NCBI GenBank assembly: GCA_964016885.1
Contig: OZ024743.1
Coordinates: 328,538,001 to 328,602,000 of the forward strand
Direction: 5' to 3'
DNA from: Eledone cirrhosa
Lineage: Eukaryota
DNA: 64,000 nucleotides
Positions within the stretch are counted from its first letter, which is position 1, and every line of letters starts with the position of its first letter. The position numbers were made by a program, and so were the translations under genes. The notes below the pieces were generated by a model. It searched no databases. It was not told the origin of the DNA and worked only from the letters and a program-made list of their open reading frames with translations. Below, piece after piece: positions 1-12,340 of this stretch.

Positions 1-32
1 ATACAACTATATATATATAAATAAATAGATAC

Positions 33-125
<93 letters not shown>

Positions 126-255
126 TATATAAACGAATGAAGAATGGCGTGCTGCGTTGTTGCGAACATGAACATATGAATAAAAATAGACCAAGAGATA
201 AAATGTCCTCATCAGTAGTCTGCTGATTATCGTTTGTATTTCGACGCATTAAAGA

Positions 256-400
<145 letters not shown>

Positions 401-415
401 TATACACACATATAT

Positions 416-572
416 ATCATATTTAATATAGAAAGAACTTGTATAGGACTAGAACTGTTTCATTCGTATGAAATTATCAGGGTCCTTTCTATATCAAATA
501 TGATGTTCACACTCTACTAATATATTGAGTACCTTATTAACTGTGGCTACCCCTGATTTAACTCGGGATATA
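416..572 (+). mobile_element. Minimal PLE pLTR-derived fold-back element A (inverted hammerhead copy plus 3' extension)
   Basis: Inverted arms 416-435 (atcatatttaatatagaaag) and 485-504 (ctttctatatcaaatatgat). The extension cactctactaatatattgagtacc...ccctgatttaactcggga is clearly homologous to 55377-55435 and, in reverse, to about 62478-62545. Flanked by (TA)n/(CT)n. Confidence 0.75.
445..485 (-). ncRNA. Minimal type I hammerhead ribozyme, probably mutated (CUGAUAA core)
   Basis: Minus strand reads ggacc-CTGATAA-tttcatacgaat-GAAA-cagttc-tagtcc. Same family as the CTGATGA copy at 55305-55346. Core G8 is changed to A and stem I is imperfect. Confidence 0.55.
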
Positions 573-573
573 C

Positions 574-701
<128 letters not shown>

Positions 702-856
702 TATATAGATTTTGAGTATATGTTGGTTGTATACCAACACCTCAGTATACAGGCTGGAGCACTCGACGAAGTGCGCAGGTTGGTTTGGTTATTCCGGAGT
801 AATGTAAAATAAAGTAAAATAAAAAGTCAAATGTTTAAAATTTAGCTTCGTTTATT

Positions 857-911
857 ACTGCTATATATATTTCGGTGACAGCCATCTTTGGCTGTGACCT
901 CTTCAGGCAGT
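857..911 (-). ncRNA. Type I hammerhead ribozyme (mirror copy in element B)
   Basis: Reverse complement of 1145-1199. Confidence 0.85.
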
Positions 912-1144
912 CCGAATTAGTGTGGTATAGACAAGTACATATGTTGTTGAGGTGTATAATTTTGTCAATACTCTGATATGCCCAGTTCCTGGTTGTGTTG
1001 TTAGTTCACTGAGGAACTGAAATCATAATATGACTCCAGTTCCTCAGTGAAATAACAACCCAACCAGGAACTGGGCATATCAGAGTATTGACAAAATTAT
1101 ACACCTCAACAACATATGTACTTGTCTATACCACACTAATTCGG

Positions 1145-1199
1145 ACTGCCTGAAGAGGTCACAGCCAAAGATGGCTGTCACCGAAATATATATAGCAGT
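1145..1199 (+). ncRNA. Minimal type I hammerhead ribozyme
   Basis: actgc-CTGAAGA-ggtcacagcc(aaagat)ggctgtcacc-GAAA-tatata-TA-gcagt. Stem I actgc/gcagt, long stem II, short palindromic stem III as in PLE-associated hammerheads. Confidence 0.88.
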
Positions 1200-1240
1200 A
1201 ATAAACGAAGCTAAATTTTAAACATTTGACTTTTTATTTT

Positions 1241-1298
<58 letters not shown>

Positions 1299-1314
1299 TA
1301 TGTGTGTGTGTGTG

Positions 1315-1352
<38 letters not shown>

Positions 1353-1478
1353 GTACGAGGTGAGTTTTATTGTAGTACAATAAAGCAATGCAGATATCGG
1401 ATAAGAAGCACTCTACAGTTTGTGGGACTGGAGTATGCATAATATAAGATCAAAATATGGTTAAAGGAGTTCCATATA

Positions 1479-1545
1479 TTTTATTATGCGCATTTCAAAA
1501 ACAAACATCATCAAACAATAATATTTGTGTTTTCATCAGATAAAA
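1479..1545 (-). ncRNA. Type I hammerhead ribozyme (mirror copy in element C)
   Basis: Reverse complement of 1668-1734. Confidence 0.8.
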
Positions 1546-1667
1546 CAGGAGAACATGATATGAAGGCTAAAAAACACTTGTTGATAGTGCAGTTTTAAAT
1601 CAACATATGTTGATTTAAAACTGCACTATCAACAAGTGTTTTTTAGCCTTCATATCATGTTCTCCTG

Positions 1668-1734
1668 TTTTATCTGATGAAAACACAAATATTATTGTTT
1701 GATGATGTTTGTTTTTGAAATGCGCATAATAAAA
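1668..1734 (+). ncRNA. Minimal type I hammerhead ribozyme
   Basis: ttttat-CTGATGA-(AU-rich stem II)-GAAA-tgcgca-TA-ataaaa. Stem I ttttat/ataaaa, palindromic stem III aTGCGCAt. Confidence 0.82.
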
Positions 1735-1928
1735 TATATGGAACTCCTTTAACCATCTTTTGATCTTATATTATATATATATATATATATATACATGTAA
1801 AGTTATATTTAAAATTGTTGGGTTACAACTAGTAAATATTTATAACTGATATAAAAGCACTCGACAAATATTTGGAGTATATTTACAATATTAAATAAAT
1901 GGAAAATTATATTTATAAAACCATATTT

Positions 1929-1992
1929 ATTTCATTATATATATTTCGGGGATATCATATTAACAATATGCTATGCCTTCATCAGACAAAAT
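1929..1992 (-). ncRNA. Type I hammerhead ribozyme in 3' pLTR of PLE D (sense to the ORF)
   Basis: Reverse complement of 5789-5852. Confidence 0.8.
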
Positions 1993-3526
1993 ACAATATA
2001 AACAGTTTTATAGATAAATATATTCGACATACCGTAATAAACATCGACTTCATTTGAAGAGGTTTACGCTAGCAGTGAAAATACAGAGAGAAAGAAAGAG
2101 AGAAAAAAAAGGGAGAAAAAAGAAAGAAAGACAAAACGAAGAAAAGGAAGAAAAAGAAGAAAAAGAAAAAGAAGAAATGCATGGAACAAAATAGAGAGAT
2201 GGAAAAATAGATAAAGCGAAGAGCTTCATGTAAAGAAACAGAAATAGATATATATATAGAGAGAGGAAATAGAGATAGATACATATATATATATAGAAAA
2301 TTAGGTAGTGGGAGGTCATTTTGAGTAAGTGTATCAATGATACATTTATTTATTTATTTATTTATTTATTTAGCTCAAGTATTAATGTAAGGGAGATATA
2401 TAGAGAGATATAGAGAGATATAGAGAGAGAAAAAAAATTAAAAAAAAAATTAAAAATAGCCAGACATATTCGAGGCGTAGAAAACCCTATGTTTTAATGT
2501 ATTAGTATTTATAAAACTTACACTATATTGTAAATATCAGTATTCCTGAATGAAACAAGTATCCATAATGTGTGAAAATTCATTATCTTATGTTTAGTTT
2601 TAAAAAAATTCATATGTTTATGTGACAGCTACAAACATCAATGTGAATCCAACTGATTCACTCTGCAAACTCTAAATTACCGGAAAACATTCTCAATGTG
2701 GTATAAAAATTTGAGCGTATTATTATTCTTGCGATTACCCTACAAGATTATCTATCAAGCAGAAATAGAGAGCAGATTTCAATATACCAATCAAAAATAT
2801 ATATTATAAACAAAACTAAAAATAAAAAGATAACAATAATGATAATAATAAGTAAAAATATAGAATAGAAAACTAAAAAAATATATTACGAAAGAATATT
2901 ACATAATAAAAATATTGCATATTAAAAATACTACGTATTAAAAAATATTACGTATTAAAAATTTACATATTAAAGATATTAAAAATATTAAAAATAAAAT
3001 AAAAATAAAAAATAAAAAATATTATAGAATACTACAATACTAAAAGAATAAAAATAAAAATAAAAATAAAAATAAAAATAAAAATAAAAATAAAAATAAA
3101 AATAAAAATAAAAATAAAAATAAAAATAAAAATAAAAATAAAAATAAAAATAAAAATAAACCACAAAGAACAACCCTTCAAAGTTAATTGACAATATATT
3201 GCCAAGTTCATTACAAGACAAAGCCAAAAATTATCTATCAAATCACATCTAGCAAAGAACATCTCAAAAAGATTATGATGTCCAATTATGTCTACATATG
3301 TTCCTATATTTAATATAGAAGTTTATCTAGTGTAAGGTTAATTCAAAAAATTTGGAGCATCGGCTTTTAGGGTAGCTTAATTTTTCATGAGGAATGTTTA
3401 GATAAAAATAAAAATAAATAAAATAAAATAAACAATAAAAAAAGAGTAAAAAGAGGGAATCAAAGATTTAGGAATCAAAAAATTTATCGGCTAGTTCTCA
3501 TATAAATATAAATCAAACTAAATATA

Positions 3527-5287
3527 CTACATTTTAAATTTAAATTTATATTTAAACGTTGAGTTTAATCTATGTTTGCAACAACTGAATAAATTTGTCC
3601 GTAGGTTAAGGGAATTTTTAGATTTTAGTATAAAGAATATCTCCTCTGCGCAGAGGTCACATGTCTCAGAGGATGAATTAAAAGGAATCCCTCTTGAGAC
3701 TATATTCCAAGCCGTCGAATATCTAACGTTATCTAGCTTAAGTTGCCAGAGTACGCCTGATAGTGCCGTTGAAGATTTTTTATTTGGATCTGTGAAAGAA
3801 TTCTTGTGGTTATTATAGCGAAGTTTAAATTCCGTCGATGTGGAACCGACGTAGTTAAAAGAATTAGAGTCAGTATTAACATTACAATTGTATACTATAT
3901 TTTTAACTAAGCAGTTGTTATTTAACGGACATTTAGATCTATCTCTACAGTTACATTTGTTAACTTGTATATTATTTATGCTATTATCAGTAGGTTTTAA
4001 GTTCCTATTATTTATTCTATTAATATTTTGTGCTAAATTTTTGGTGGATGAGTAGGTTAATTTAATTGTATGCCTATTGAAGATTGAGTGATACCTATGT
4101 GTTCTAGGGAAGCGATTATCAAGAGCTTTGAAAAATAATTTAGCGATGTGGGTTTTAATGTTTAGTGAGAAAGGGGGGGGGGGGGCAAACCAAATTATGT
4201 TCCTAGTTCTATTTCTTTTTTGTCCTTTGGAATTATTGTAATGCTTTCTATTATAGTTGTTAATGTTGTTGCCGTAATTAAAAAAGTTGTTACTTTGTTT
4301 AGTTTGTCTATCATTATCTATGTACACAATCTTATCAGCATACCCTGCCCTAGCTAGTGCATCATTATAGTACTGGGCCTTTTCGTCAAAAATCTTTCTA
4401 TTCGACGAGATCCTAGAGATACGTTTTTGGACTGAGTTTACTATAGTGTTTTTGACAGATCTGGGGTGGTTAGAGTTAAAGTTGACATAGTTTAAGTTTT
4501 CATTCAACTTGTGAAAAGGATAGTGGAGACATGTGTTGAGATTTAATGTTATATCTAGGAAATTGACTATTCTATGGTTGTTCTCAATTTCTATTTTAAG
4601 GTTAAAGTAATTAAAAAATTTTGTAATTTGTTTACATTTTCTATTTAGTTCAGGGTTATTATTATTAATAAGTAAAAGCATGTCATCCCTATATAAACCT
4701 CCGGTAGTACCAGGTATTTTCCTATGTAGCGAATTGATTAAAAATAAGCCCACAAGGTCAGTTACCTGAGCTGAGTCGGAAGATCCCATAGTTATGTCAA
4801 AATTGCTATCTCTATCTGCTCTGGTCCATAATTTGTCATTAAATTCTATCAAAGTTTTCCTAGCCGATAATATAATATGCATTTCTTTGCTAGTTAGGTC
4901 CGTATGTTTGAATGCGTAATTTAGTGCCTTATTTAGTAGACTAGGGGTAATAGAAGAATAATAGTTAGCTATATCAAGTTGAATAAACCTATTATTATTG
5001 TTATATTTAATTTGCCTAAACCACTCAACAACCTCTCCAGTTCCCTTCCACAAGCTCAGGTTAGATACACAATCCAAGTTCTTAATTTGCTGTATCACCC
5101 TGTCAAGAATGTTTTTGCTTAATTTGCCCAGGTCCGATTTTGAAGGTGCGATCAATCTAACTGGCAGGTCATTTTCAAAATTCCTCTTGTGGTCCTTCAT
5201 ATTGATCTTCGGTTTCCTGGGCACGAAAGGTTGTGTTCTGTTCTCAATTTCCAACTCATGCATTATACAAGATGCTTCAACATTCAT
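3527..5287 (-). CDS. PLE reverse transcriptase plus GIY-YIG endonuclease (Naiad-like), N-terminally truncated
   Basis: 586-aa uninterrupted ORF with KDHK..F..RLIAPSKSDLG, FIQLDIANYYSSI, FDITMGSSDSAQV, GLYRDD and VNFLDITL. Linker CNCR..KCPL..CL, then IVY..YVG, FKLRYNNH and CDLCAEE. The frame stays open about 20 codons upstream, to the inversion junction near 5342. Confidence 0.92.
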   Translation of the reverse strand: MNVEASCIMHELEIENRTQPFVPRKPKINMKDHKRNFENDLPVRLIAPSKSDLGKLSKNILDRVIQQIKNLDCVSNLSLWKGTGEVVEWFRQIKYNNNNRFIQLDIANYYSSITPSLLNKALNYAFKHTDLTSKEMHIILSARKTLIEFNDKLWTRADRDSNFDITMGSSDSAQVTDLVGLFLINSLHRKIPGTTGGLYRDDMLLLINNNNPELNRKCKQITKFFNYFNLKIEIENNHRIVNFLDITLNLNTCLHYPFHKLNENLNYVNFNSNHPRSVKNTIVNSVQKRISRISSNRKIFDEKAQYYNDALARAGYADKIVYIDNDRQTKQSNNFFNYGNNINNYNRKHYNNSKGQKRNRTRNIIWFAPPPPFSLNIKTHIAKLFFKALDNRFPRTHRYHSIFNRHTIKLTYSSTKNLAQNINRINNRNLKPTDNSINNIQVNKCNCRDRSKCPLNNNCLVKNIVYNCNVNTDSNSFNYVGSTSTEFKLRYNNHKNSFTDPNKKSSTALSGVLWQLKLDNVRYSTAWNIVSRGIPFNSSSETCDLCAEEIFFILKSKNSLNLRTNLFSCCKHRLNSTFKYKFKFKM

Positions 5288-5391
5288 TTTCTCAAGTTCG
5301 GCCTTATCTGCTACCTTGTACTTTTTCCTCAGCTCTTTCAGTATATCTCTCTATATCTCTCTATATATCTCCCTTACATTAATACTTGAGC

Positions 5392-5438
<47 letters not shown>

Positions 5439-5788
5439 ATGTATCATTGATACACTTACTCAAAATGACCTCCCACTACCTAATTTTCTATATATATATA
5501 TGTATCTATCTCTATTTCCTCTCTCTCTCTATATATATATATCTCTTTCTGTTTCTTTACATGAAGCTCTTCGCTTTATCTATTTTTCCATCTCTCTATT
5601 TTGTTCCATGCATTTCTTCTTTTTCTTTTTTCTTCCTTTTCTTCGTTTTGTCTTTCTTTCTTTTTTCTCCCTTTTTTTCTCTCTTTCTTTCTCTCTGTAT
5701 TTTCACTGCTAGCGTAAACCTCTTCAAATGAAGTCGATGTTTATTACGGTATGTCGAATATATTTATCTATAAAACTGTTTATATTGT

Positions 5789-5852
5789 ATTTTGTCTGAT
5801 GAAGGCATAGCATATTGTTAATATGATATCCCCGAAATATATATAATGAAAT
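5789..5852 (+). ncRNA. Type I hammerhead ribozyme in inverted 5' pLTR of PLE D
   Basis: attttgt-CTGATGA-aggcatagcatattgttaatatgatatcccc-GAAA-tatata-TA-atgaaat. Stem I attttgt/atgaaat with G-U pairs; stem II core catatt/aatatg. Confidence 0.8.
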
Positions 5853-5891
5853 AAATATGGTTTTATAAATATAGTTTTCCATTTATTTAAT

Positions 5892-5949
<58 letters not shown>

Positions 5950-6452
5950 CATATATATATATATTCCCCAGTGAGTCTATCCCTCTTGCCACCCACTGTT
6001 TCTCTATATATTACAAGCTGCTATGAACCTGTCTGTCTGTTTGTCCCTATAACATCTTACTCTTCTATCTGTTGAATCAGTCAGACACCATTTATCAACC
6101 TTTTCCTTATAATCGCCCTTCTCTCTTTTGTTCCATTTACTTTCTTCAGTTCCTTTTCTACTCATTATTATTCTAACCATGGAAGCTTTTCTTTGTCTTT
6201 CATTCTGTTTGTCTGTCTGTGTGTCCTGTCGGTCAAACATGGCTCACCTGCTCGAGTCACGTGAGCACTTCGTTGTTTGGCAATTTACCTCTTATTTTTT
6301 CTTTTATTTATTTACGAGGGGAACGTCCGATTGACACCCGTATTCTATGGAAGACCAAAACAATCTTAAACACCCATTTTTATTTTTATCTCGATTTAAC
6401 CATTTAAAACTTTCATAAAAAAAAAGGAATTGAACTCTGTTGATTAAATAAA

Positions 6453-6565
6453 CGCAGGAATGGTTTGTATGGTCAAGATGGTCGCTTTACAACGTGGTTC
6501 TGCGTTCGATAGTAAAGAGCGTGATACAGTTGACCCATGCCTTGTCAGAGAAATGTGGTAGACAT
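6453..6565 (+). mobile_element. Degenerate tRNA-derived SINE (octopus OK-type by recollection)
   Basis: A-box-like tggtttgtatggt, B-box-like gttcgatag, followed by gccttgtcagagaaatgtggtagac. Identification is from memory of the consensus only. Confidence 0.4.
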
Positions 6566-6940
6566 CAGGATTTATCTTTGAGCCGAACTTATGGCTACCA
6601 TGTCACTGTTAAGCATCAATGTTCTTAGGAAGTGTAGTAGAAATCAAGATTTATGTTTGAGCCGAAATCAAGAGAGAAGTACGACTACAATGTCAATGTT
6701 AAACATGAATGTACTTGGGAACCGTGGTAAAAATCAAGATTTATCTTTGAGCCGAACTTACGACTAGAATGTTAGTGTTAAACGTTAATGCTCTTGGGAA
6801 GTGTGGTAGAAATCGCAACATATCTCTGAGCCGAACTTACGGCGATCGTATCACTTTTAAACATTCATATTCTTAGGAAGTGTGGTAGAAATCAGGATTT
6901 ATCTTTGAGCCGAACTTACGACTACTATGTCAATGTTACA
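6550..6940. repeat. Minisatellite, about 79-bp unit, about 5 copies
   Basis: Recurrent gtgtggtagaaatcaagatttatctttgagccgaacttacgactac..atgtcaatgttaaac at about 6560, 6640, 6730, 6810 and 6888. Confidence 0.85.
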
Positions 6941-7054
6941 AGATCTTGTTTCAACAGCTTTTATGAACACAATATCAGCAGCTCCTTTATAAGAGCGTTG
7001 GTCGGTTCCTCCATTTAATCATAGTCTAAAATGATGATGAAGATGATAATGATA

Positions 7055-9020
<1,966 letters not shown>

Positions 9021-9380
9021 TCCTTCTCCCTCTTTCCTCTCTCCTCCCTATCACTGTTCCGATCTCCTCCTCTTTCTTCTTCGCCTCTCGCTCATCCTAT
9101 CCCCCTCTCGCTCATCCTATCCTCCTCTCGCTCAACCTATCCTCCTCTCGCTCATCCTATGCCCCTCTCTCTTCTTTCTTACCGTTTTTATTAGTTTTAT
9201 ATTCCTCCATCACTATACTGCCCCCCCCCCCCTCCCCACCACCCCTTATCGTCTAGACAGAAGATATAATAGACAAACCAAAAAATGCAGTCATTCTCTT
9301 GAAAATACTTGTAGATCTCAAGTTGAAATGGCTGAACTAATCGATGGGATTCTCACTCGCGCTGTATATACATACATACA

Positions 9381-9986
9381 TGGTGGCTGCCGACTCGTTT
9401 TCGAGTACGGCCACTATTTTATATCCATGTAGGAGAACACTATCAATGCGCTGAACGAGTGTGTCTTTTTAGTCCAGCCAGCGACTTGAAAACTCTGGTA
9501 CAAACACTACACTTGTGACAATTATTGACACATAGTGCTGGGCCCATGGTACCATGTGACGACAAGTGCAGAGAGATCTCCAGATACAAAGCAATGCCTG
9601 TGCCGTGAAGCTTTTATAGTGAGCAAAGGCACTGCACAAAGCCAGTCCCACTCTCTTAACCAAGATGATATTTACCAAAAAGAAAAACAAGTCAACATCA
9701 TTGGATACCATCAGGGCTGCAGGTGTTATATCAGAGTTTTCCTTCTCCTAGAATTCTGCCTTGTCAAAGGCTAAGGGGTCACCTCTCCCGGTGATTTTGG
9801 ATGGCCATTGACTCTTAAGAGCTTCTTTGCCCATTGACAGGTTTTGTTTTTAGTCCTGCAGGATGTCCAGTCACCCTCCTCACCAAGAAACCTTGGTGGG
9901 GTTGCCAGTTTAGTCGCCAACGACCCGACCATGAGACAGGTTGTACTGGGATACATGTTACCAGAAGCACCAACTGGTGACCTGAC
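9381..9986 (+). mobile_element. About 605-bp non-coding interspersed element in (TACA)n (SINE-like), copy 1
   Basis: Closely similar inverted copy at about 47800-48406 with the same ends. Partial copy at 14158-14352. TACA repeats at both ends. 5' hairpin gtggctg..actcg-tttt-cgagt..cggccac. Confidence 0.85.
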
Positions 9987-10062
9987 ATACATACATACAT
10001 ACATACATACATACATACATACATACATACATACATACATACATACATACATACATACATAC

Positions 10063-10093
<31 letters not shown>

Positions 10094-10126
10094 CATACAT
10101 ACATACATACATACATACATACATAC

Positions 10127-11931
10127 ATAATTTCTTTGTGGACGATCTGAAACTCTATGCCAAGAACATGGATGGGATGAAGAAAAATCTTGACCTGGTT
10201 ACAACGTTCTCAAAGGATATAGGAATGGAGTTTGACCAAGATAAATACTCACAGATGACTGTAAAGCGGGGAAAAACAACAACCCAATCCAGCAACATTG
10301 TCATCAATGGCCTAACTGTTTCACTGATATCTGATGAGGACTGCTACAGATACCTGGGGATAGATGAGAACATATCCTATAATGGTATCTGTAATAAAGA
10401 ACGCGTAACCAGGGAATACTACACCCGATTAAGAAAGATCTGGTCATCGGAACTCTCTGCGCAAAACAAAACAGTGGCTCACAATGTGTTTGCTGTGCCT
10501 GTCCTAACACCAACATTTGGAATACTCAATTGGACGATAGACGAAATACGAACAGTTGATGTTGGAACTCGAAAAATACTAAACAACACCGGAAACTTCC
10601 ACATCAGCAGTGACATATACTGCCTTTACTTGAAACGTAAGCAGGGAGGCAGAGGCCTAACATCAGTCCAGACAACATTTGGATGTCGCATCATATCCCT
10701 CCCACAACATCTATGAACCTCGAAGAGTAGGAGACCGTTTCTTGAGCAAGTTTATCTGCACGAAACAAATAAGATCATGGGAGTTGGGAAGGAACTCCTC
10801 GAGAGATATTCCGTGTGATAATCAAAAACTCACACCCAGGGAAGTCGCTCAGCAGTATCGCAGTGAAACCATGGATGAAAAACTGCATGCTTATCAGCAA
10901 AAAATCATGCATGGATATGTTGCCAGGAATCTCCAGAGTGAGAGTAATATAGATAAGGAAAGTAGTCTATCTTGGACCAACAACCGCTATATTGGCTCCC
11001 ACTTTGAAGGATACGCTTTTGCAATCCAAGAACAGGAGATTAACACGAAATACCTGATTCGCAAAAGAGATAGGGATGCAGGCAAAACACCTAGATGTGA
11101 TAACAAGTGCAGACTCTGCAGAACTAACATCGAGGATTTCCTCCATGTCATCAGCAGCTGTCCAAAGATGTCATCGCGGTACTATCTACATATGAGACAT
11201 GATGTAGTGGCCAAAACACTGTACAATGCAGTTCGTAAAAAAAAAAAGATAGCCCCGATAATAAACACATTAAAAGCTACAGCAATGTGGAAGACATCCA
11301 TGTACATAATATGAAAGAGTACTTGTAGAATGTTCCAGTAAAAACCCCAATAAAATGCAGGCATAACATACCAGATATTATGATATGGGACAGGGAGAAG
11401 AAAGCATGCACAGTAGTGGAAATTAGCTGCCCAGCAGATGCCAATATAATATCAAAGATTAGTGAAAAGGAGAATATTTATGCAGAACTGATGAGAAATC
11501 TGCAGATACTCCACCCTGATTACACCTTCAGATTTATGCCTGTGATTATTGGGACACTGGGGTATGTTAGTAACTGCCTCAATAAAAATCTTGAGAAGCT
11601 AGGCTTCACAGGAACAGAAAGAACACAACTAGTTAGGAAATTACAAGTACAATCCATTAATGGAACAGTAAAAATATGTAAAACATTCCAAACATTTTGC
11701 ATCTAATAACTGCATAAACACATGTACAGATGCAAACCATATACACATGCACACATACAACTCAAAACATCCACATACACACATACGATAACATCCATAT
11801 CTACACATACATGCATACATACATAATCTACCTAGTTGATGTTGTGTTCCAATGAGAGAGTCTTGTGTCTATGTTAGAAAGCGACCCTCTCTCTATTGGT
11901 AAACATTTATGAAATTATAAAACCAGAAGAA
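10127..11931 (+). mobile_element. 5'-truncated R4/Dong-clade non-LTR retrotransposon (family A), frameshifted RT, zinc knuckle and REL endonuclease
   Basis: FFVDDLKLYAK, FSKDIGMEF, YRYLGI, LYLKRKQGGRGL, CRLC..HVISSC..RHD and PDIMIWD..VVEISCP are spread over ORFs 9844-10716, 10679-11314 and 11380-11706. Bounded by (TACA)n. Confidence 0.9.
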
Positions 11932-12012
11932 CATACATACATACATACATACATACATACATACATACATACATACATACATACATACATACATACATAC
12001 ATACATACATAC

Positions 12013-12340
12013 ATACAGGAGAAGGAGGACATCTACGGACCATTGATGAGGAGTTTACAAATCCAGTATCCAAGATACACCTTTAGCTTCATACCCATCA
12101 TTATAGGTGCTACGGGTTATATACCAACCTGCTTGGACCAAAGTATGACTGAACTTGAATTTGCGGACAAAGAGCGCAGCTCCCTAATTCATAGTCTACA
12201 AATGGCTGCGATAGCTGGCACCTTCAAAATTTGCAAAACATTCTTGCGATTCAAGGGATGACAATTTCTTTTCTTTTACAACCTTGCCACCAGGAAGGTG
12301 GCCGGTCAAAAAAATATACTCAAAATTAAGAGAAAGAGAA
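12013..12340 (+). mobile_element. Short 3' fragment of R4/Dong-clade element (family B)
   Basis: Almost identical to 12955-13283 (QEKEDIYGPLMRSLQ...FLRFKG plus 3'UTR). Starts in (TACA)n. Confidence 0.85.

Larger units (their letters stand above)
710..1247 (-). mobile_element. Non-coding palindromic hammerhead element B (PLE pLTR fold-back)
   Basis: Near-perfect inverted arms 809-1019 and 1037-1247 with a 17-nt spacer. One-sided extension about 710-808 containing gcactc (759-764) and ggagta (796-801). (TA)n on both sides. Confidence 0.85.
1350..1774 (-). mobile_element. Non-coding palindromic hammerhead element C (spacerless palindrome)
   Basis: Palindrome 1439-1774 centred at 1606/1607 (caacat|atgttg) with no spacer and one visible mismatch. 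Extension 1350-1438 with gcactc (1408-1413) and ggagta (1430-1435). (TA)n flanks. Confidence 0.85.
1795..5897 (-). mobile_element. Penelope-like retroelement D (Naiad-type), 5'-truncated, with inverted 5' pLTR and direct 3' pLTR plus extension
   Basis: RT+GIY-YIG ORF at 3527-5287 flanked by inverted repeats of about 540-555 bp (1884-2422 and 5342-5897), each with a hammerhead. Extension 1795-1883 on one side only. (TA)n flanks. Confidence 0.9.

Noticed and set aside
710-1774. Interpretation of palindromes B and C as MITEs or miRNA precursors
   Set aside because: The asymmetric one-sided extension, hammerhead cores and shared layout with coding PLEs fit a retroelement origin better than terminal inverted repeats of a DNA transposon. 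The arms are too long and perfect for pre-miRNA.
9381-9470. HDV-like ribozyme at the 5' end of the TACA element
   Set aside because: P1 and a possible P2 exist, but there is no room for P3/L3 and no P1.1, so it does not meet the HDV descriptor.
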